Numbered from the whole stretch's first letter, positions 1-13,779 are shown. The stretch is 63,961 nucleotides of DNA, filler included, from Octopus bimaculoides (GCF_001194135.2; 3 parts of 3 records of this genome joined end to end with filler, not necessarily neighbours in it), one strand, 5' to 3'. The notes: generated by a model from the letters alone, not told the origin. Numbers and translations: made by a program.

Positions 1-174
1 ATCATCATCGTTTAACGTCCGCTTTCCATGCTAGCATGGGTTGGACGATTTGACTGAGGACTGGTGAAACCGGATGGCAACACCAGGCTCCAGTCTGATT
101 TGGCAGAGTTTCTACAGCTGGATGCCCTTCCTAACGCCAACCACTCAGAGAGTGTAGTGGGTGCTTTTACGTGC
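1..174 (-). mobile_element. SINE 3' part with RTE-like (GAT)n tail
   Basis: Minus strand reads ...ggcgttaggaagggcatccagctgtagaaac...ccatgctagcatggaaagcggacgttaaacgatgatgat. The same block recurs at ~10560, 12961, 16328, 17812, 23880 and 28038. Confidence 0.8.
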
Positions 175-214
175 GAATAAGATACACCCACATAAGATAA
201 AAAGTTAAACTTAC

Positions 215-287
215 GTGGATAACATATCCAAAGGTAAGGTTAATAAAGAGCTCACAGATCCTGTGAATAAACATCTGTATATTCGAC
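215..287 (-). CDS. MARCHF6: MARCH6 coding exon (5th), 73 nt: (C)RIYRCLFTGSVSSLLTLPLDMLS(T)
   Basis: Acceptor ttctacttttcag, donor gtaagt. Near-identical to the vertebrate MARCH6 segment CRIYKCLFTGSVSSLLTLPLDMLST (from memory). Phase is compatible with the upstream exon. Confidence 0.96.
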
Positions 288-1759
288 CTGAAAAGTAGAA
301 GAAAGCTAATAATGATATTGTTGAGCAGAAACAAAATAAATTGTAAATTTATCAAGTCAGTTCATATTAGCTACCTAGTAGAGCAAATGTTGGAGAGTGG
401 TTACATTTTAGCCAGACAAGTCTGCAATTAAGATTCCATTCCCTGCCTGGCCTTCTTTGTATTCTGACCAATATAACATACACACAGACGTTTTTGCTAT
501 GAAAGTGAAAGGAGGGTTTAGTGAACTGTTGCTCTGAACAGAGCACAAGCAAACCTTCCTTAGGACACAACAATGCTACTAATGATGACTTTTAACAGAT
601 AAAGGCTACAAGTTTCAGTGGGAAGTGACAATAGTCAATTCTATCAACTTCACTGTTTGAGTGATCTACTTGTTTTATCAAAACTGAAAAGATAAACAGT
701 AGAATCAACTCTGGCAGAATTTGAGCACAGGACATTATGGGAAATAACTAAAATACATGATCTTTTGTCCATCACTCAACAATTTTGCCATATAATTGTG
801 TATAAATTTATCTTCAATTGCATGAAATTTACAAATAAAATCATTCCATTAATGCCTTTGTGAAAAGTATGTATGTCACATGTCTGTAGTTTGCTTTAAG
901 TATTGTGGCTTTAACAGTATAAAGATAGAAAAGCAATGAATATTAGAACATGGCACCAGAACAGCTGAGAAAGTTAGCTACTGAAGACTAGTATCTTGCT
1001 GTCTACAGAGTAGAATTATCTCTCTTGTACTTAAGAGAGAATGTGAAGTTACTAAGAAACCAGTTTAAAGGGCTTTGAAAGCTGATGAAAATAAGATTTA
1101 TGATCACTATTATTCTATTAGGAAGATTTATATCTCACACACTTAAGAGGCTACATTCTGCCAGCAGTACTAGCCAGTAATGTATCAAGCCAAGACAAAC
1201 ACAGCCATAGAAATATAGTACATTTTAATTAACATTAGTTAATACTATTTACATAACAAAGAGTCCTAATTTTAACATTGATTTATAAATCCCTTAATAT
1301 ATATTTCTAATTTAGGTACAGAGCCACATCTTTTACGAGATTGAATGTTGGATTAAATTAATCCCTGTACATGACTGGAACTTATTTTATCAGCTACTGA
1401 AAGGACATCTCTACAGGTGATTTAAATGCACTGCTAACACAATAGTGCATGGTACTGACTTACAAAAAACATTTAATATACTTGGTAGCAAATTATGGTT
1501 GCATAACAAAATACTATGTGCCTACAAGTCATAAATCTTTATGTACCAGCTACTGAAAGGAATGAAAAAGCAAAGTTAACACAGTTAATAACCAAACTCA
1601 AAATTGCAAAGCATGTTAAATGACTACTGCATCAAAATTGGTGAATCTACACTGAACTTCTGTAGACATTGAATCAAATATGTGTAACAAACATGGACAG
1701 TCTTAAAGACAAATATTTTTATTCAATATAGTTAAAATATAAATTTGATATTTAAGTAT

Positions 1760-1868
1760 CTATTGTCTATCTTGGTGAATGTGAAAACTAACTTACAAAT
1801 TTATTTTGTCTGATGATATTTCAAACAAAAATTAATAATTTTACATTTCACTGAATTTACCTGAGTAA
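1760..1868. repeat. 109-bp direct repeat, copy 1 (copy 2 at 3389-3497)
   Basis: ctattgtctatcttggtgaatgtgaaaactaactta...ctgaatttacctgagtaa occurs twice with a few substitutions. Confidence 0.9.
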
Positions 1869-3388
1869 ATGTGTATATAAAGTGAAATGGCACTAGCTGT
1901 AATATTTTGACTCAGAGAAGCTTCCTGAAGAGACTTAGTCTGTCGAAAAACACAGAGCTCACTCAGAATGTTGTCAAAAGATCATAAGACTCAGTGTTTT
2001 AACCTAATTTGATCTCCTGAGTGACAAACTTCTTCAGACATTCAAAGTTAAGGAGAAAAACATTTGTTCCAATATGGAAGTCAATCAAAACATTCACTGA
2101 TTTATGTAAAAGATGGCCACACGAGAATATGCTTGAAACAGCATTTGATTAAAATAACGATGTGCATACCACTTTTAATCTATACACATACATGGAACAA
2201 CACTAGCCATATTTCATTTCAGTGAAAGAGATTTATATGTTAAAAAAAAAACAATCATATAGTCTCTTTGAGAAGTTTCTCTGAGACAAAATATCACAGC
2301 TGGTTGTCGTTTCATGTATGTACACACATTATAAATGTTATACACATCGTTATTTTAACCTGATGCTATTTCAAATGCAAATGTGTATATTTACTGTCAT
2401 TTCTACATTATCAAACTAAGCATGCTTGTAAAATAGCTAATATACATTTGAAGAAATGCAGAGATGAGTACTGGACAACTGAGAGACTGAAAGTATGCAT
2501 CCTGTCACTAGTGCTGTGTTATGTCACAAGGCAGTTTACTCTCGAGTGGCCCAGCATATCTAACTATATATATATAGAAACTGCAGAGAACACATAGTTG
2601 TAAGCTACAGCAGTAGCAATACAGCAAAACATACATTTGTTAGTTTAATTTCCCTTGTGAGTATAAGTAATAGAAATGGCAAGTGAGCTTGTCAAAGAGA
2701 TATTATACAATGACAAAATTTTCATTAGTATCCCTGAACACCCAATGAATTATGGCATTATACAAGTAGTTGAAGAGAGAGGCTTCTAGACAACCAGTTG
2801 AGAGGTCAACAATTCATATCTCTCTAATACTGCATTGTTCACAATAGTATCTGGTTCTCAATAGCTAAGTTCACCAAGTTCCAATCAGTTAATACAGACA
2901 CTCTAATAATTCACCATTATAAACAGTAAGTAGTGTTGTGGAACAGACAATTATTTTCGTAACTTACACTGCTGTCATTCCTTTCTACAGAAAACAATGC
3001 AGAAGAAATTATTCCATGTTTACTTAATGCTATGGAAACCAGAGTTAACCCACTGAAACCTCACACATTTACCTATTCATAGTTAAATCCACATGTCAAT
3101 GTATTCCACATTATTGTATAAGTGAAAACATGTGACTACACCAGGTAAACATAGGTTATTTACTGTTCAAAATCATTAAAGCATGAGAGAGTTTTTGTTA
3201 TTCTTCTTATCTTTTTTATTATTTCTCTAACATTTTATTCTCATCAGAATACATGCCAAATTCAGATTCAATATTAGTAGAATATGTGAAGAGTACACAG
3301 GGTGCTAATTAGCCTTTTTATTTGTAGCTGTTTTCTAAGTTCAACTGAAAATCCAATAATTATTCTTTGATAGCCTGTATTGCAAATT

Positions 3389-3497
3389 CTATTGTCTATC
3401 TTGGTGAATGTGAAAACTAACTTATAAATTTATTTTGTATGATGATATTTCAAACAAAAATTAATAATTTTACATTTTACTGAATTTACCTGAGTAA
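3389..3497. repeat. 109-bp direct repeat, copy 2
   Basis: Matches 1760-1868. Confidence 0.9.
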
Positions 3498-4184
3498 TTT
3501 TGAAGCAAAGACCTTGTCATATTGTCATAAATTTATGTAAGGACATGTAATTAAATTGTGTCCGAAACACCACCTCGATATATCAATAAACAAAAAAGTT
3601 ATAGCTGTTTTGCAAAAACAGTCTAAATTCTCTGTTATTTAGAATTTAACTGAAAGACAGTATGAACAGTATAAACACTTGTTCAATGAATTGTTGTGAT
3701 TTAAGAAGGCTTAGCTATAACTTTGAAATGGGTTACTAGTGGAGAGGTTTCATAACTATAAAGAGCTATTAAATTCATCTTGCATGCTTATAAGTCACTT
3801 TTTCAATCAACTTTAAATTTCTACATTATATTGTATCATCATCATTTTATGTCTGCTATCCACATTGACATGGGTGTGCAAGGTTATCACTGTCCAAATC
3901 AGTTCTTATTTAGAAGGTGAGCATCCCAAGTCTCGGTTGTTTTGTTGCACAGAAACTGAGGATCTTCATTTGTAACACAAGGTTTCAACATTTTTGTCGA
4001 TGTTATTGCAGTCATGTAAAATATTTGAAGAACACCATGACTGAAGTGTGGAAGATATGAATACAAAAGATGGGATGAAATCATTTGGAAACTTCTGACC
4101 CAATAAACACTTCTGCTAAATGACCACAACAGTACCATTATAACACAGAAAATCAAGGATAAAAATTACAATTTTCATACTTAC

Positions 4185-4328
4185 ATGCTGTAAGTGGAAC
4201 AACTCCAAGCCATGCAAACGCCACTAATGTGTAATGAAACCAGTACCGAACTGCTCGACCAATACTAGTAAGCAAGCCACTGAAAATATCTTTAACGGGT
4301 AACCGTTTTGGCATGTCTGGTGAATAAA
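4185..4328 (-). CDS. MARCHF6: MARCH6 coding exon (4th), 144 nt: (I)YSPDMPKRLPVKDIFSGLLTSIGRAVRYWFHYTLVAFAWLGVVPLTA(C)
   Basis: Acceptor (t)n-cag, donor gtaagt. The motif YWFHYTLVAFAWLGVVPLTA is characteristic of MARCH6. Confidence 0.98.
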
Positions 4329-6370
4329 CTGAAAAAAAAAAAGGAGAGAAAGAGAGGGAAAATTAAGACAGTATAAAGAAAAATTATTGTTCCATAACAC
4401 TAAAGATGTTTCTTTGATAACTGCTTCCTGTAGATTTTATTTTTTTAATTAAAGTGCATCAATATGTCTTTTTTTAATGTCAGATACACCCACAAAATTC
4501 TATGCAAAAGAAAAGTTTTGTTCAGAGACAAGCTATCACTACCCAACATACTATGAACTCTGGACTTCAATGCATGCCTTTTCTACCAACCTATGAACTT
4601 CTAAACTGGTCTACCAGCTTTATACCAGTGCACCCAATTCTCCAGTTCCTGTCACTCCTAAGATATCTCAATTTTGCATATCCTATACTAAATACCAGAT
4701 GCACACAACTGCATCTCTTCCAAACTCCATTACTCACAATATTTTTCACCCAACTTCAACATTCAAGAGTTCAAGCTGAATATCAAACAGATCGACTCTT
4801 TAAGCTATCCCTATTTCCAGATCTAGGACAGCTTGAAAAAGTTGTTGGCATTGCCCCTGCTCTGCCTCAGCATTCTGAGAAATCTAAACGCAAAAGATAA
4901 AGATATGCTTAAAGAGGAAATGACATAAATTGATGATCTCAACAGGTTAAAAAACTTTGCCAAGTTTAATAAGAAAGGATAGTTGTTGCTGTGTAACACA
5001 CTTCTGATTGAGTACTCTGCACACACAAAGGCACCCTCATTAGTTGCTAACTCTTTAAAAATCTAACATTAAAACACTTCTCACCAACCTGGAACATGGT
5101 TGCTGCAACACCAATATCTGAAGAAAACTATCCAGATGATAAGCAAATTCACCAATAACAACATCCACTAACTCCACATGCACAATTTCTTTATCTGCCT
5201 CTTTAGCTGCTACAATTTCAGCTCCTTTGAACTACTAGTATCACACTCTGGCACTCCATAAACACTATCTTTATCTCCCTTCCACCTACTCCCACCCATC
5301 TTTGCATAATGCAAATGTAACTATGCATCTCCTCTATAACAAGACATCTGTGCTTGTCTTTCTCTATCATACTTTTGCCTTCAACATCTAGCATAAAGCC
5401 ACCTCTCCCACTCAGTTGAGAAGGGGAGGGGTCCTTTCTTTTCCTGTTTTACTTGTTACTTAGTAACCTCATTAGTGCTGGTGTTGCATAAAAACCATCT
5501 AGTACACACTATAAAGTGATTGATGTTAAGAAGAGCATCTAGATGTAGAATCCATGTCAAAACTGACATTGGGGGCAGATGCAGCTCATCAGATCCTATC
5601 AAACTATCCAACCCATGCCAACATGAAAAACCGATGTGGAATGATTATGAAAATGCTCCATCCACTCAAGGCAACCCAATAAACACATGCAAACACCCCT
5701 CTTGTCTCTGTTTATGCACCTTCATATCCTGCATTAAATACTTTTACACAAACATTCCTTCGCCCTCTGCCTAACCCTATAATGAAAAATAAAATACTGA
5801 CAAATATTGTAAAGTATCTACTATTTTCACTCATCTTGATATCACCTTTATCTTGAGAAATATTGATTTCTCACACTGACACAGAGTGCATTAATTGACT
5901 GGTATTTATTTCTGTGACCTGGACAAGTGAAAGATAAAGTTAAACGTAGCAGAATTTGAATTCTAGAAACAGAAGAATAAACACAAATAATCTTAACACT
6001 CTACTGTGGGACAGATTTCTGCTTGTGTCAATTTTTTTCATTGTTGTATAGTCTTATACCCTTTCTGTTGTTAACTACTCAACTATGAATTAAGAATGAA
6101 ACTTCGTTTTTGTCAAACAGGAAATCTAAAGCAAGCAAAGGAATGTCATATTCAGGAGTACAACATAAATGTAACACAATTAAAATATATATACATAATG
6201 CATTCCCATCTGTATGCATAACGAGTGTGGCACTGGGTTATGTGATTAAATATCTTGATTCGAATCTTGGAAAGTTGAATAAACACAATTAACCTACAAA
6301 CTACAGCTACAATCAATCAACAGATGTTGTCAGAATGTGCAAAGCATTACATAAAATCAGCTTTTATTTA

Positions 6371-6545
6371 CACAGGCAGACATGGCTGTGTGCTTAAGAA
6401 GTTTGCTCCACAACTATATGGTTCCAGGTTCAGTCCTACTGCACAGTACTTTGGGTATGTGCTTTCTACTATAAACCCTAGATCAACCAGTTTTCTTGTG
6501 AGTGAATCTAATAAAGAGAAACTGTACAAAGCCTATCGTGTATGT
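6371..6545 (+). mobile_element. tRNA-head SINE (CORE-like family)
   Basis: tRNA-like head (ggttccaggttcagtcc) and body shared with copies at 12751, 15397, 39180, 44045 and 60946. CpG sites are decayed. Confidence 0.7.
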
Positions 6546-6980
6546 GTGTACGCGCATGCATGTACACTATTGTCTTAATATCACATGCTGATTGTCAACA
6601 AACATTATTGTCATATAGGCAGTGTCACTTGTTTGCAATCTTCTGTGAAAAGTTGTTCAATCATTGTATTGTCCATGTTCAAAGGAATAGGGAAAATATT
6701 CCCGGATTGATGAGAGAAAAGAGCATTCAGCCACTGAAAATCTGCCTCAATGAATTTTGTCTCATCTATGCAATCATGGAAAAAGTGCTCCCAACCGCAT
6801 GGTTCCGGGTTTAGACCCACTGCATGGCACCTTGGGCAAGTATCTCCTACTATAGCCTCAGGCTATATATATTCTCTCGTTTTTTCGATCTTTCATACAT
6901 TCATTCGCCATTCATACTTTTAAATGTATTATTTACTAACAGCTAGTCTCATAAGCTAACCATTTAAAATAACCCCCTCC

Positions 6981-7020
<40 letters not shown>

Positions 7021-7429
7021 CTTCATTCCTCCCTAATTCTTCGTGTAATTTTGCTAAGATAATTTCTCGCCTCTTTCTTTAGATGTTTAATTTAATTTCT
7101 TCATACAATCTCCCCAAATTAAACCTTGCTTATTTATGGTGCACCTGCCCTTTCCTGCCCCCACTACCAATACTGGACATCTCCATCTCTCTCTCTCCTC
7201 CCACCACCATTACCCAATGTGTCTTCATTCCCCCCTCCCCCCTCATCACTGGTGCTGTTCTCTATACTACCTGCACTCTCACTCTCACTCTCTCTCTCTC
7301 CTGGGACAAATGCAACTAGCTTAGCTACCCATCTACTCAACCAGCTATCTTTCGTTTCGTTCTGTCCAGAAATTTGCCAACAACTACCCAGTAATTTTCC
7401 ATGGACATATCAAAGAGAAAGAGAAAGCT

Positions 7430-7453
7430 GGGTGTGTTTGTGTGTGAGCATGC

Positions 7454-7489
<36 letters not shown>

Positions 7490-7505
7490 GTGTGTGTGTG
7501 TGTGT

Positions 7506-7558
<53 letters not shown>

Positions 7559-7670
7559 NNNNNNNNNNNNNNNNNNNNNNNNNNNNNNNNNNNNNNNNNN
7601 NNNNNGTGCGTGTGTGTGTGTGTCTGTGTGTGTGTGTGTGTGTGTGTGCACGTGTGTGTGCGCACATGTA
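7430..7670. repeat. (GT)n microsatellite with assembly gap
   Basis: Direct reading. It explains the VC/HT-repeat ORFs in the ORF track. Confidence 0.95.
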
Positions 7671-8059
7671 TGTATGGATGGATGAGCTTGTTTCCTCTCA
7701 TTCTCTCTCCGAACCCCACCTCCTTCACTGGTGGTACCCTCCATCATAACTGCAATCTCCTCTCCCTGGACAAATGCAACTAGTTTAGCTGACACCCTGT
7801 TTAATCTAACACTGAAATATCCATATTTGCAACACCAGTAATGCTTAAATTTGCATTTTTACGATGTCCATAATACTTATACTTACAACGCCACTAACAC
7901 CCACTCCTACCCCCAGTAGGGACAACAATCCTAACACGCTTGAATTTTTGAATGATGTCAGGTCGGAAGTGAGAACAGGTGAAGCATGCCTAACAAATGA
8001 ACACGACAACCTCCCTCTTCCTTTCAGGTGCTAAATAACATCTCTCCTCTCCAAGCCTC

Positions 8060-9345
8060 ACCCCGCATTCCTTTCCCAATTTTCAGAGTTGGCACTGTCA
8101 ATGTAGGCACACTGAAAGGTAGGTCTAGTGAGACAGTAAAAATGCTTGAAAGGAGACGTGACGATGTATGCTGCATACAAGAGGTAAGATGGAGAGGAGC
8201 TTCAGCTAGGGTCCTCACAGCAAGGCACATAGGTATAAAATCTTCTGGCAAGGTAACACAGATGGAGTAGGGGGTGTAGGCATACTCCTTGCAGAGAAAT
8301 GGGTGGATAAGATCATAGAGGTTGTCAGGGTATGTGATAGAGTGCTTAAGCTCAGGCTAGTCCAGCAGAACAGTACAGCTACAATTATCTCTGCCTGCGC
8401 CCCACAAGCAGGCCTATCAAATGATCAGAAGGATCATTTTTATGATACCCTCCCACAGGCTACCTCAAAGATAAGTGGCACTGACCTCATCTTTGAGGCT
8501 GGAGATTTTAATGGGCATGTTGGACAGCAATCCAGTAACTTCACTGGTATACACAGTGGGGTCATGGTGTTGGTTCCCGAAATGAAGAGGGAACCAGGCT
8601 ATTGGAGTTCTGTGATGCATGTAACCTTTTAATCTGAAACACTAGCTTCAGAAAGCCAGACAGCCACCTGATAATCTACCAATAAGGTGACTGCTAGCCA
8701 GATTGATTTCATCCTCACCAGACAGCGGGACACAGGGTTGCTCTTAAATACAAAGGCCTTCCCGGGTGAAGTATGTACCCACCAGCATAGACTAGTCATT
8801 GGTGATTTTAGACTCAAGGCCAGAAGGATGCCAAGAAGCAGACCAATCCAGAAAAGAAAGATTTGGAAGCTAAAGAACCCATCACATGGTCAGAAATTTA
8901 AGGAAATCCTCATTAAGAAATTTGATGAGAGGGAGGAGGAGCTACAGACCTTGAACATAGAGGGTAGCTGGAAATTCCTCCTGGACAGCTTACTAGGTGC
9001 CACAGACCAAGTCTGTGGATGGTGCAAAGTCCCTTCCAGAGCTAGAGTAACGTGGTGGTCGAATAATATGCTAGACAAAGCCATTAGAGCAAAGAAACAG
9101 GCCTCGAAAGCCTGGAAACCCTGGAAGAGTGGAGGTAGCAGGGAACTGTACCAGATAGCCAGGAGGGAGGCTGGGCGACAGGTATACATAGCTAAAGGAG
9201 AAGCAGATAAGAAGTACGCCAATTTCCGGCAACGTGAGGACCAATGAACTGAAGTATTTCATATTGCAAGACAATGTGTGAGAGAAAATTGTGATGTCAC
9301 AAGAGAGAGAAATGTGTTTGCATGGATGATGGTGCACTTGCTTTT
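8060..9345 (+). mobile_element. RTE-clade LINE remnant (APE endonuclease and linker), frameshifted
   Basis: Peptides RVGTVNVGTLKGRS...CCIQEVRWRG, EAGDFNGHVG and SQIDFILTR are typical APE motifs, split across ORFs 8028, 8303 and 8687. Confidence 0.88.
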
Positions 9346-9722
9346 AATGATTCTGAAAAGAAAGAGGCTTGGACAAACCACACATACACACACACACACA
9401 CATACATACAGCTGGACAGTGATATTTGTTAACATTTCATTATCAACAAATCAACCAGTAGCTCTGCACTTGAAGACATAAGGTTTAGTGACAGGGAAAG
9501 CATCTGGTTGGTAAATTAATACTTCAATAATAAATATTCATCTAACCCACGCTAGTAAAGGAAAATGGACATAAAACAAATAAACAAACAAAGCTAAGGA
9601 TTAATCACTTGGGAACTCCACTAAGTGGCCAATTCTTATCTTAAAACTCATATCATTAAAAACCAACATTGCATGCACACATACACACACACACACAGAG
9701 TTATGTATAATAAATGACTTAC

Positions 9723-9796
9723 TTGGTGTGAAAGCAAATCTGTATTTACATAGTTCACAGTACTCCTTTTTGCTGTATTTTAACCACTGGACCAGG
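9723..9796 (-). CDS. MARCHF6: MARCH6 coding exon (3rd), 74 nt: (C)LVQWLKYSKKEYCELCKYRFAFTP(I)
   Basis: Acceptor ttttacttgcag, donor gtaagt. Encodes the C-terminal half of the RING-CH domain (W...CELC). Confidence 0.97.
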
Positions 9797-11925
9797 CTGC
9801 AAGTAAAATATATTATTTTTATCCATTCTTATAATACGATAATCTCTAACATCAATGTCAGTATTATTACAATTAGGTATTCTAATGCTCCAACTCATAG
9901 TTTGCAGTAGCAGCGTACTTATTTACATGAATACTGGCCAATTAATGGCAGTAAACTCTCTTATGATGACCAGCTAGAAACAGCAACAACAACAACAAAA
10001 AAAAACTCAAATCACACCCTACTATCTGAAAAAGACAAGGACACATTGCATAATATAGTTTGCGATATATCATGCCATCAAAGAAAGAAACAATACACAT
10101 ACTGAACACTTCTGATCATACACCTACTCAATCAGAGCTGACCCAGGACTCAACAGCAACAACACAAATGCTAGCCACCCTTTTCACAGCCAAATAATTC
10201 TTAACTGAAAACAATTTTATAAGTCACTCAGGTGCTTCCATATTAGGCATCCAAACAGCAGCATACAACATAGAAATGCTATACGTGTTACACTGCTCGA
10301 GAGAGGTTTCTGACATAGTGGGGCTAACAATCCCTATTTATACTTATGCATTGCTAACTGTTCTCATTCCAATTTACCTGACATTGTATTCTTCTTAACA
10401 TTTCTGCATATCTAAATTAACACCAAACAGTTTTGAGCAAAAATATTTTTGTTAGGTTATGTTCCAAATACTCAACATTAACTTAACAACAGAAACTGTA
10501 TTTTACTAAGTCTTCCACATACACAGGCTTGTCCTTTCAGGTACCAGTGCCACTTAAAAAGCATACGTGCCAGTACTGCATTAATGCACTTGTGTTGGTG
10601 CTATATAAACACACCCATGACAGTAACACGTAAGAAGCACCCAGCACACTCTGTTAAATGGTTAGCATTAGGAAGGGCATCAAGCCATAGAAACCATGCT
10701 ACAACAGACAGTTGGAGTCCAGACATCTCCCTGCTAGCTCACTCCATGTTAAACTGTCCAACCCATGCTAGCATGGAGACCAGATGTAAACCATGATGGA
10801 CATGAACAGGATTTGAAATCAGAAAGTAAATGGTCATGTAGTCAAGAAGTTCACTTCTCAGCCATATAATTTCAGTCCCACTGCATGGCATCTTAGGCAA
10901 GTGTCTTCTGCTAGATCCCCGAGTTGATCAATGCCTTACAAGTGGTGGATGGAAACTGTAAGAGATCCCGTAACATGTACATAAGTACATGCATATTTAT
11001 ATGTGTGTATCTTTGCTTGTGTTTGCCCCACTACCATCACCACTTCACAACTAGTGTTGGTTTGTCTATACTTTCATAACTTTGCAATTCAGCAAAAAGG
11101 TACTGATAGACTAATAGGTTGGTTCAATCAACTAAACCTTTCAAGACGATGTCTCAACATGGGTGCAATCCAATGACTGGAACAAGTAAAAGAATAAAAG
11201 AATTTAAACTTATCTACGAATTACATAAAGGAAAGAGAAAGAACGAGAATTTGAACTTCAATCCCATATTTTTATTTTAAAAATATCATCCTTCTTTGTC
11301 TTGTTTTTGCTGACATGTTATCTCCCAGTTTTCTTATATCTCTAAATTCATCAAAAACTGTATGGAGTTGGGTTGGTTCTATGTTGGACAGTGCTACACA
11401 GAATACTCAGGATCACTTACTGAGATGGAAACATAATCTCTGAAGCCCTGAGAAGAGCCAGTCTGTGCAGCCTGCAGGAGATTGTGATGGAAAGAAAAAT
11501 GCAGCTTGCAGGTTATGCTTTCCGACTGCCAAGACAAGTACCTAAGACAGCTATACCACAGAGGCAAAGAAAGAGATAGAGAGACCCTAAAAGACAAGGT
11601 GTGCAACCATCAAAGTAGATCTGAAGCAGCTTATTAGCATCACATGGGAAAACACAGGCAACTATGCTCAAAACTAGGATGATCGGAGACATCTTGCCAT
11701 CCAATGTACAGGCAAACTGTATGGAAGGAACTAAGACCTTCAGGATTATCAGATTATCAGGATTGTCTTGCCATCTAATGTACAGGCAAACTGTATGGGA
11801 GGAACTAAGACAAGTTTCAAAAATCACTGATGTTTAGCAAAGGAAATGTGGATATATCATACCATTTCTTTTCATGCACAATCATCAATTTTAATATCAG
11901 CATCAATAAACTATGGAATACTTAC

Positions 11926-12022
11926 CAATCCTGGTGTATGAACTTGATACTTCCTGTACACACACATGGGTGGTAAAGGGGTTTGTCAGGGGTCCCCTCT
12001 GACCGACACACTCGGCAAATAT
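11926..12022 (-). CDS. MARCHF6: MARCH6 coding exon (2nd), 97 nt: (D)[31 protein letters not shown](C)
   Basis: Acceptor ttttttag, donor gtaagt. Encodes the N-terminal half of the C4HC3 RING-CH finger. It starts in phase 1, so an upstream coding exon is required. Confidence 0.98.
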
Positions 12023-12750
12023 CTAAAAAATATAAAAAGAGTCATGTCAATATATAAAGACAAATATTTCAAATGAACATGTTAATGTTAAACTATACTT
12101 TACATAGAAACAGTACAAAATTGCATTTGATAATTTAAGCAGGGCCAAGAATTTGTTTCATCCAACATCTGCTTCCAGGTTCACTTCCACTGTGCAGCCC
12201 CCTGGACAAGAACCTTCTACCATAATCACAGGTTAAACTGGCTATATACAGTCCAAATACTCTTTTTTTTTTTGTTCAAACTGACCAGGTCCAGAATCTT
12301 ACACCTACCCAACATTGTCATTCTAAAAATAAACAGTTAATTATTAAAATCTCAAAATTATGTGAATAATTAAGCATTACATTTGATGTAATATTCTAAA
12401 AGATAAAGGGTTAATGAATATTTTGTTAGTGGAATAAACCAGGCAGAAACTGTCATATATGTATATGTGACACATGTGCATATATATATATATAACACAC
12501 AAACATATATAATTCTTTAACAAGGATGTTATTGACAGTGACTTTCGGCCAATTAAAACATTGTCAGACTGCCAGGCTAACGATGGTTTAGTAAACTGAA
12601 ACTTCAAAGTCAGTATCAATAATACTCGTTTAAGAGTAATAAATTTGTACTGTATAAAAGTATAGAGTAACCCATCAGATTAATTTAAGATTGTTTTTAT
12701 AACTAAACATAAAAACATTAACACACTTACATGTATATATATATATATGT

Positions 12751-12918
12751 ATACACGATGGGCTTCTTTCAGTTTCCATCTACTAAATCCACTCAAAAGG
12801 CTTTGGTCAGCCCAAGGCTCAAGTAGAAGTCGCTCACCCAAGATGCCATGAAGTGGGACTGAACCCGGAACCATGTGGTTGGGAATCAAGCTTCTTACCA
12901 CACACCCACTCTTGCGCC
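12751..12918 (-). mobile_element. tRNA-head SINE (CORE-like family)
   Basis: Minus strand reads ggcgcaagagtgggtgtgtggtaagaagc...ggttccgggttcagtccca...gaaactgaaagaagcccatcgt. Confidence 0.8.
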
Positions 12919-12928
12919 CATATGTATG

Positions 12929-12964
<36 letters not shown>

Positions 12965-13779
12965 CATCATCATTTAACGTCCGCTTTCNNNNNNNNNNNN
13001 NNNNNNNNNNNNNNNNNNNNNNNNNNNNNNNNNNNNNNNNNNNNNNNNNNNNNNNNNNNNNNNNNNNNNNNNNNNNNNNNNNNNNNNNNNNNNNNNNNNN
13101 NNNNNNNNNNNNNNNNNNNNNNNNNNNNNNNNNNNNNNNNNNNNNNNNNNNNNNNNNNNNNNNNNNNNNNNNNNNNNNNNNNNNNNNNNNNNNNNNNNNN
13201 NNNNNNNNNNNNNNNNNNNNNNNNNNNNNNNNNNNNNNNNNNNNNNNNNNNNNNNNNNNNNNNNNNNNNNNNNNNNNNNNNNNNNNNNNNNNNNNNNNNN
13301 NNNNNNNNNNNNNNNNNNNNNNNNNNNNNNNNNNNNNNNNNNNNNNNNNNNNNNNNNNNNNNNNNNNNNNNNNNNNNNNNNNNNNNNNNNNNNNNNNNNN
13401 NNNNNNNNNNNNNNNNNNNNNNNNNNNNNNNNNNNNNNNNNNNNNNNNNNNNNNNNNNNNNNNNNNNNNNNNNNNNNNNNNNNNNNNNNNNNNNNNNNNN
13501 NNNNNNNNNNNNNNNNNNNNNNNNNNNNNNNNNNNNNNNNNNNNNNNNNNNNNNNNNNNNNNNNNNNNNNNNNNNNNNNNNNNNNNNNNNNNNNNNNNNN
13601 NNNNNNNNNNNNNNNNNNNNNNNNNNNNNNNNNNNNNNTTTTGATTTGATTTCACTTGCCTCAATAGGTCTTCACAAGCAAAGTTTATTGTCCAATGAAT
13701 GAGGGGTATTCATAAGTGGACTGGTTACACCCACTGGCATAGGCCATGGGCTATGGTCTCACTTGGCTTGTCGGGTCTT

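Noticed and set aside
367-573. 68-aa ORF / possible H/ACA-like double hairpin in intron 4
   Set aside because: The peptide is unrecognised. The first hairpin is plausible, but there is no convincing second hairpin or terminal ACA box.
3541-3570. GGAC...GTCC-GAAAC hairpin resembling a hammerhead stem II
   Set aside because: No CUGANGA core upstream and no stem I.
4502-4900. 132-aa plus-strand ORF in MARCH6 intron 3
   Set aside because: No recognisable domain. Probably a decayed retroelement fragment, antisense to the host gene.
11691-11812. ~47-bp local tandem duplication
   Set aside because: It lies in a decayed RTE 3' remnant; ordinary slippage or template-switch duplication.
12834-13664. 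Long ORFs in the ORF track (also near 34432, 45159, 58959 and 60414)
   Set aside because: They run through N gaps or (GT)n/(AT)n tracts and have no coding signal.
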